DNA of 64,000 nucleotides from Escherichia coli (GTDB lineage Bacteria; Pseudomonadota; Gammaproteobacteria; Enterobacterales; Enterobacteriaceae): NCBI RefSeq assembly GCF_024700885.2, contig NZ_CP117016.1; one strand, 5' to 3'. Shown piece by piece: positions 63,069 to 64,000 of this stretch (position 1 is its first letter; each line of letters starts with the position of its first letter). The notes under the pieces were generated by a model. It saw only the letters and a program-made list of their open reading frames with translations, ran no database searches and was not told where the DNA came from. The position numbers and the translations under genes were made by a program.

Positions 63069-64000
63069 GTCCGCAGCACCGCAAAAAGTTCCAGTTTCAC
63101 ATCTCCCAGCGATGCCGGGGTGTAGAAAGTACAACGCCCCGCGTCCAGCATCGCCCGGGCCGCATCCGTACTTAAATCCAGCGCGAAATACTGGTTTTCC
63201 AGCCGGAGCGGAATGGCCGCCGGTACATGCGTAACCGGACGGATAATGACCCCGCTCAGCGCCACATTCACCACCTCAGACACATCATCGGGGCTCCCGG
63301 CTTTGCATAGCTGCGGAAACTTCGTCTGCAGTTCATGCCCGGGCATGGAAGAGCGCACTGAAAGCCAGAAATCAGCCCCTTCGCGCAGACGCGCATCATG
63401 TAATGCCCCCTCCCACATCACACCCTTTTGTTTCAGTTCAATGAAAACCACACGGGAAGGCAGGCTTGCCTCCAGCAGCCGGTTCAGCAAAGAAAGCAAT
63501 GGTGGGAAAACATTTTCAGGTGTTTCATGATGGTATGCCGGAACCGCATCCACATTATGCTCAAGCGAGAATGTGAGCAGGGAGCCTGCCAGCCGGGCAA
63601 GCTCCCTGTACAACAGTTCCGGGTGGCGGTAAGGCATGTCAAGCAACTCTTTCAGAACAGGCTCCGCACTGTTCAGGGCATTCAGCAACCAGAACAACGA
63701 CACGTCCGCCACAGCAAAATCCGCAAGACGGGCATTGTTCTCCCGACGCATGGACATCAGTCGCTGGCGACGCGCCTGCAGGTGATGAAGCAACTCCGCA
63801 AGTTCAGTCATCAGCGAAGGACTGGCAGACAGCGTCAGCAGAGGGGGAATAAAACGCGGGTCCCTGCACCACTGTCCCTGTGCATCACGAACAAGACGGG
63901 TAACGGGACAGGTCAGCCAGGCAGCATTTTCCTGATGAGCCATGCGCAGAGTCAGGTTATGCCGCAATACCGCCACTTCGCTTTGCTCATGCCCGGCCAG
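63065..64000 (-). CDS. tssK: T6SS baseplate subunit TssK, C-terminal part; partial, runs off window end
   Basis: Frame is open to the window end; position upstream of tssL in sci-1-type order. Confidence 0.7.
   Translation of the reverse strand: MAGHEQSEVAVLRHNLTLRMAHQENAAWLTCPVTRLVRDAQGQWCRDPRFIPPLLTLSASPSLMTELAELLHHLQARRQRLMSMRRENNARLADFAVADVSLFWLLNALNSAEPVLKELLDMPYRHPELLYRELARLAGSLLTFSLEHNVDAVPAYHHETPENVFPPLLSLLNRLLEASLPSRVVFIELKQKGVMWEGALHDARLREGADFWLSVRSSMPGHELQTKFPQLCKAGSPDDVSEVVNVALSGVIIRPVTHVPAAIPLRLENQYFALDLSTDAARAMLDAGRCTFYTPASLGDVKLELFAVLRT

Overview
This 64-kb window is a mosaic accessory region, most likely from an Escherichia/Shigella-type enterobacterial chromosome island; nearly all genes are on the minus strand. 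All calls are from reading the six-frame translations and the nucleotide sequence, with no database search. (i) 7034-25401: a compact, visibly AT-rich 15-gene type VI secretion (T6SS) locus (clpV, tssM, tssL, tssK, tssJ, tssA, PAAR, unknown, vgrG, tssG, tssF, tssE, hcp, tssC, tssB). (ii) 40471-64000: a second, GC-richer T6SS locus of the sci-1/T6SS-1 kind that runs off the window end (tssE, tssJ, tssG, tssF, AT-rich membrane gene, tssA, tssM, membrane protein, PAAR, Tli1-like lipoprotein, Tle1-like DUF2235 phospholipase, extended vgrG, lipoprotein, HExxH protein, clpV, hcp, tagL-like, tssL, tssK partial). (iii) 25690-40470: a variable segment between the two loci with IS630, IS481 and IS3-family debris, an ibrA-ibrB-perC-like operon, an AT-rich two-gene membrane-plus-soluble cassette, a VasL-like gene, and a block of defence-like genes (NERD plus SF1 helicase; membrane-anchored coiled-coil T5orf172 GIY-YIG protein) that appears inserted between tssE and the vasL module. 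(iv) 1-6900: IS110, IS66 and IS629-like elements plus a degraded duplicate of a T6SS distal module (vasL-like gene, small-gene pseudogene, tssE pseudogene). A roughly 230-bp direct repeat (825-1056 and 29806-30036) brackets the AT-rich T6SS island. No rRNA, tRNA or CRISPR array was recognised. The best candidates for an undescribed system are the defence-like insertion inside the T6SS locus (36532-40326) and the AT-rich two-gene cassette (33132-34525).
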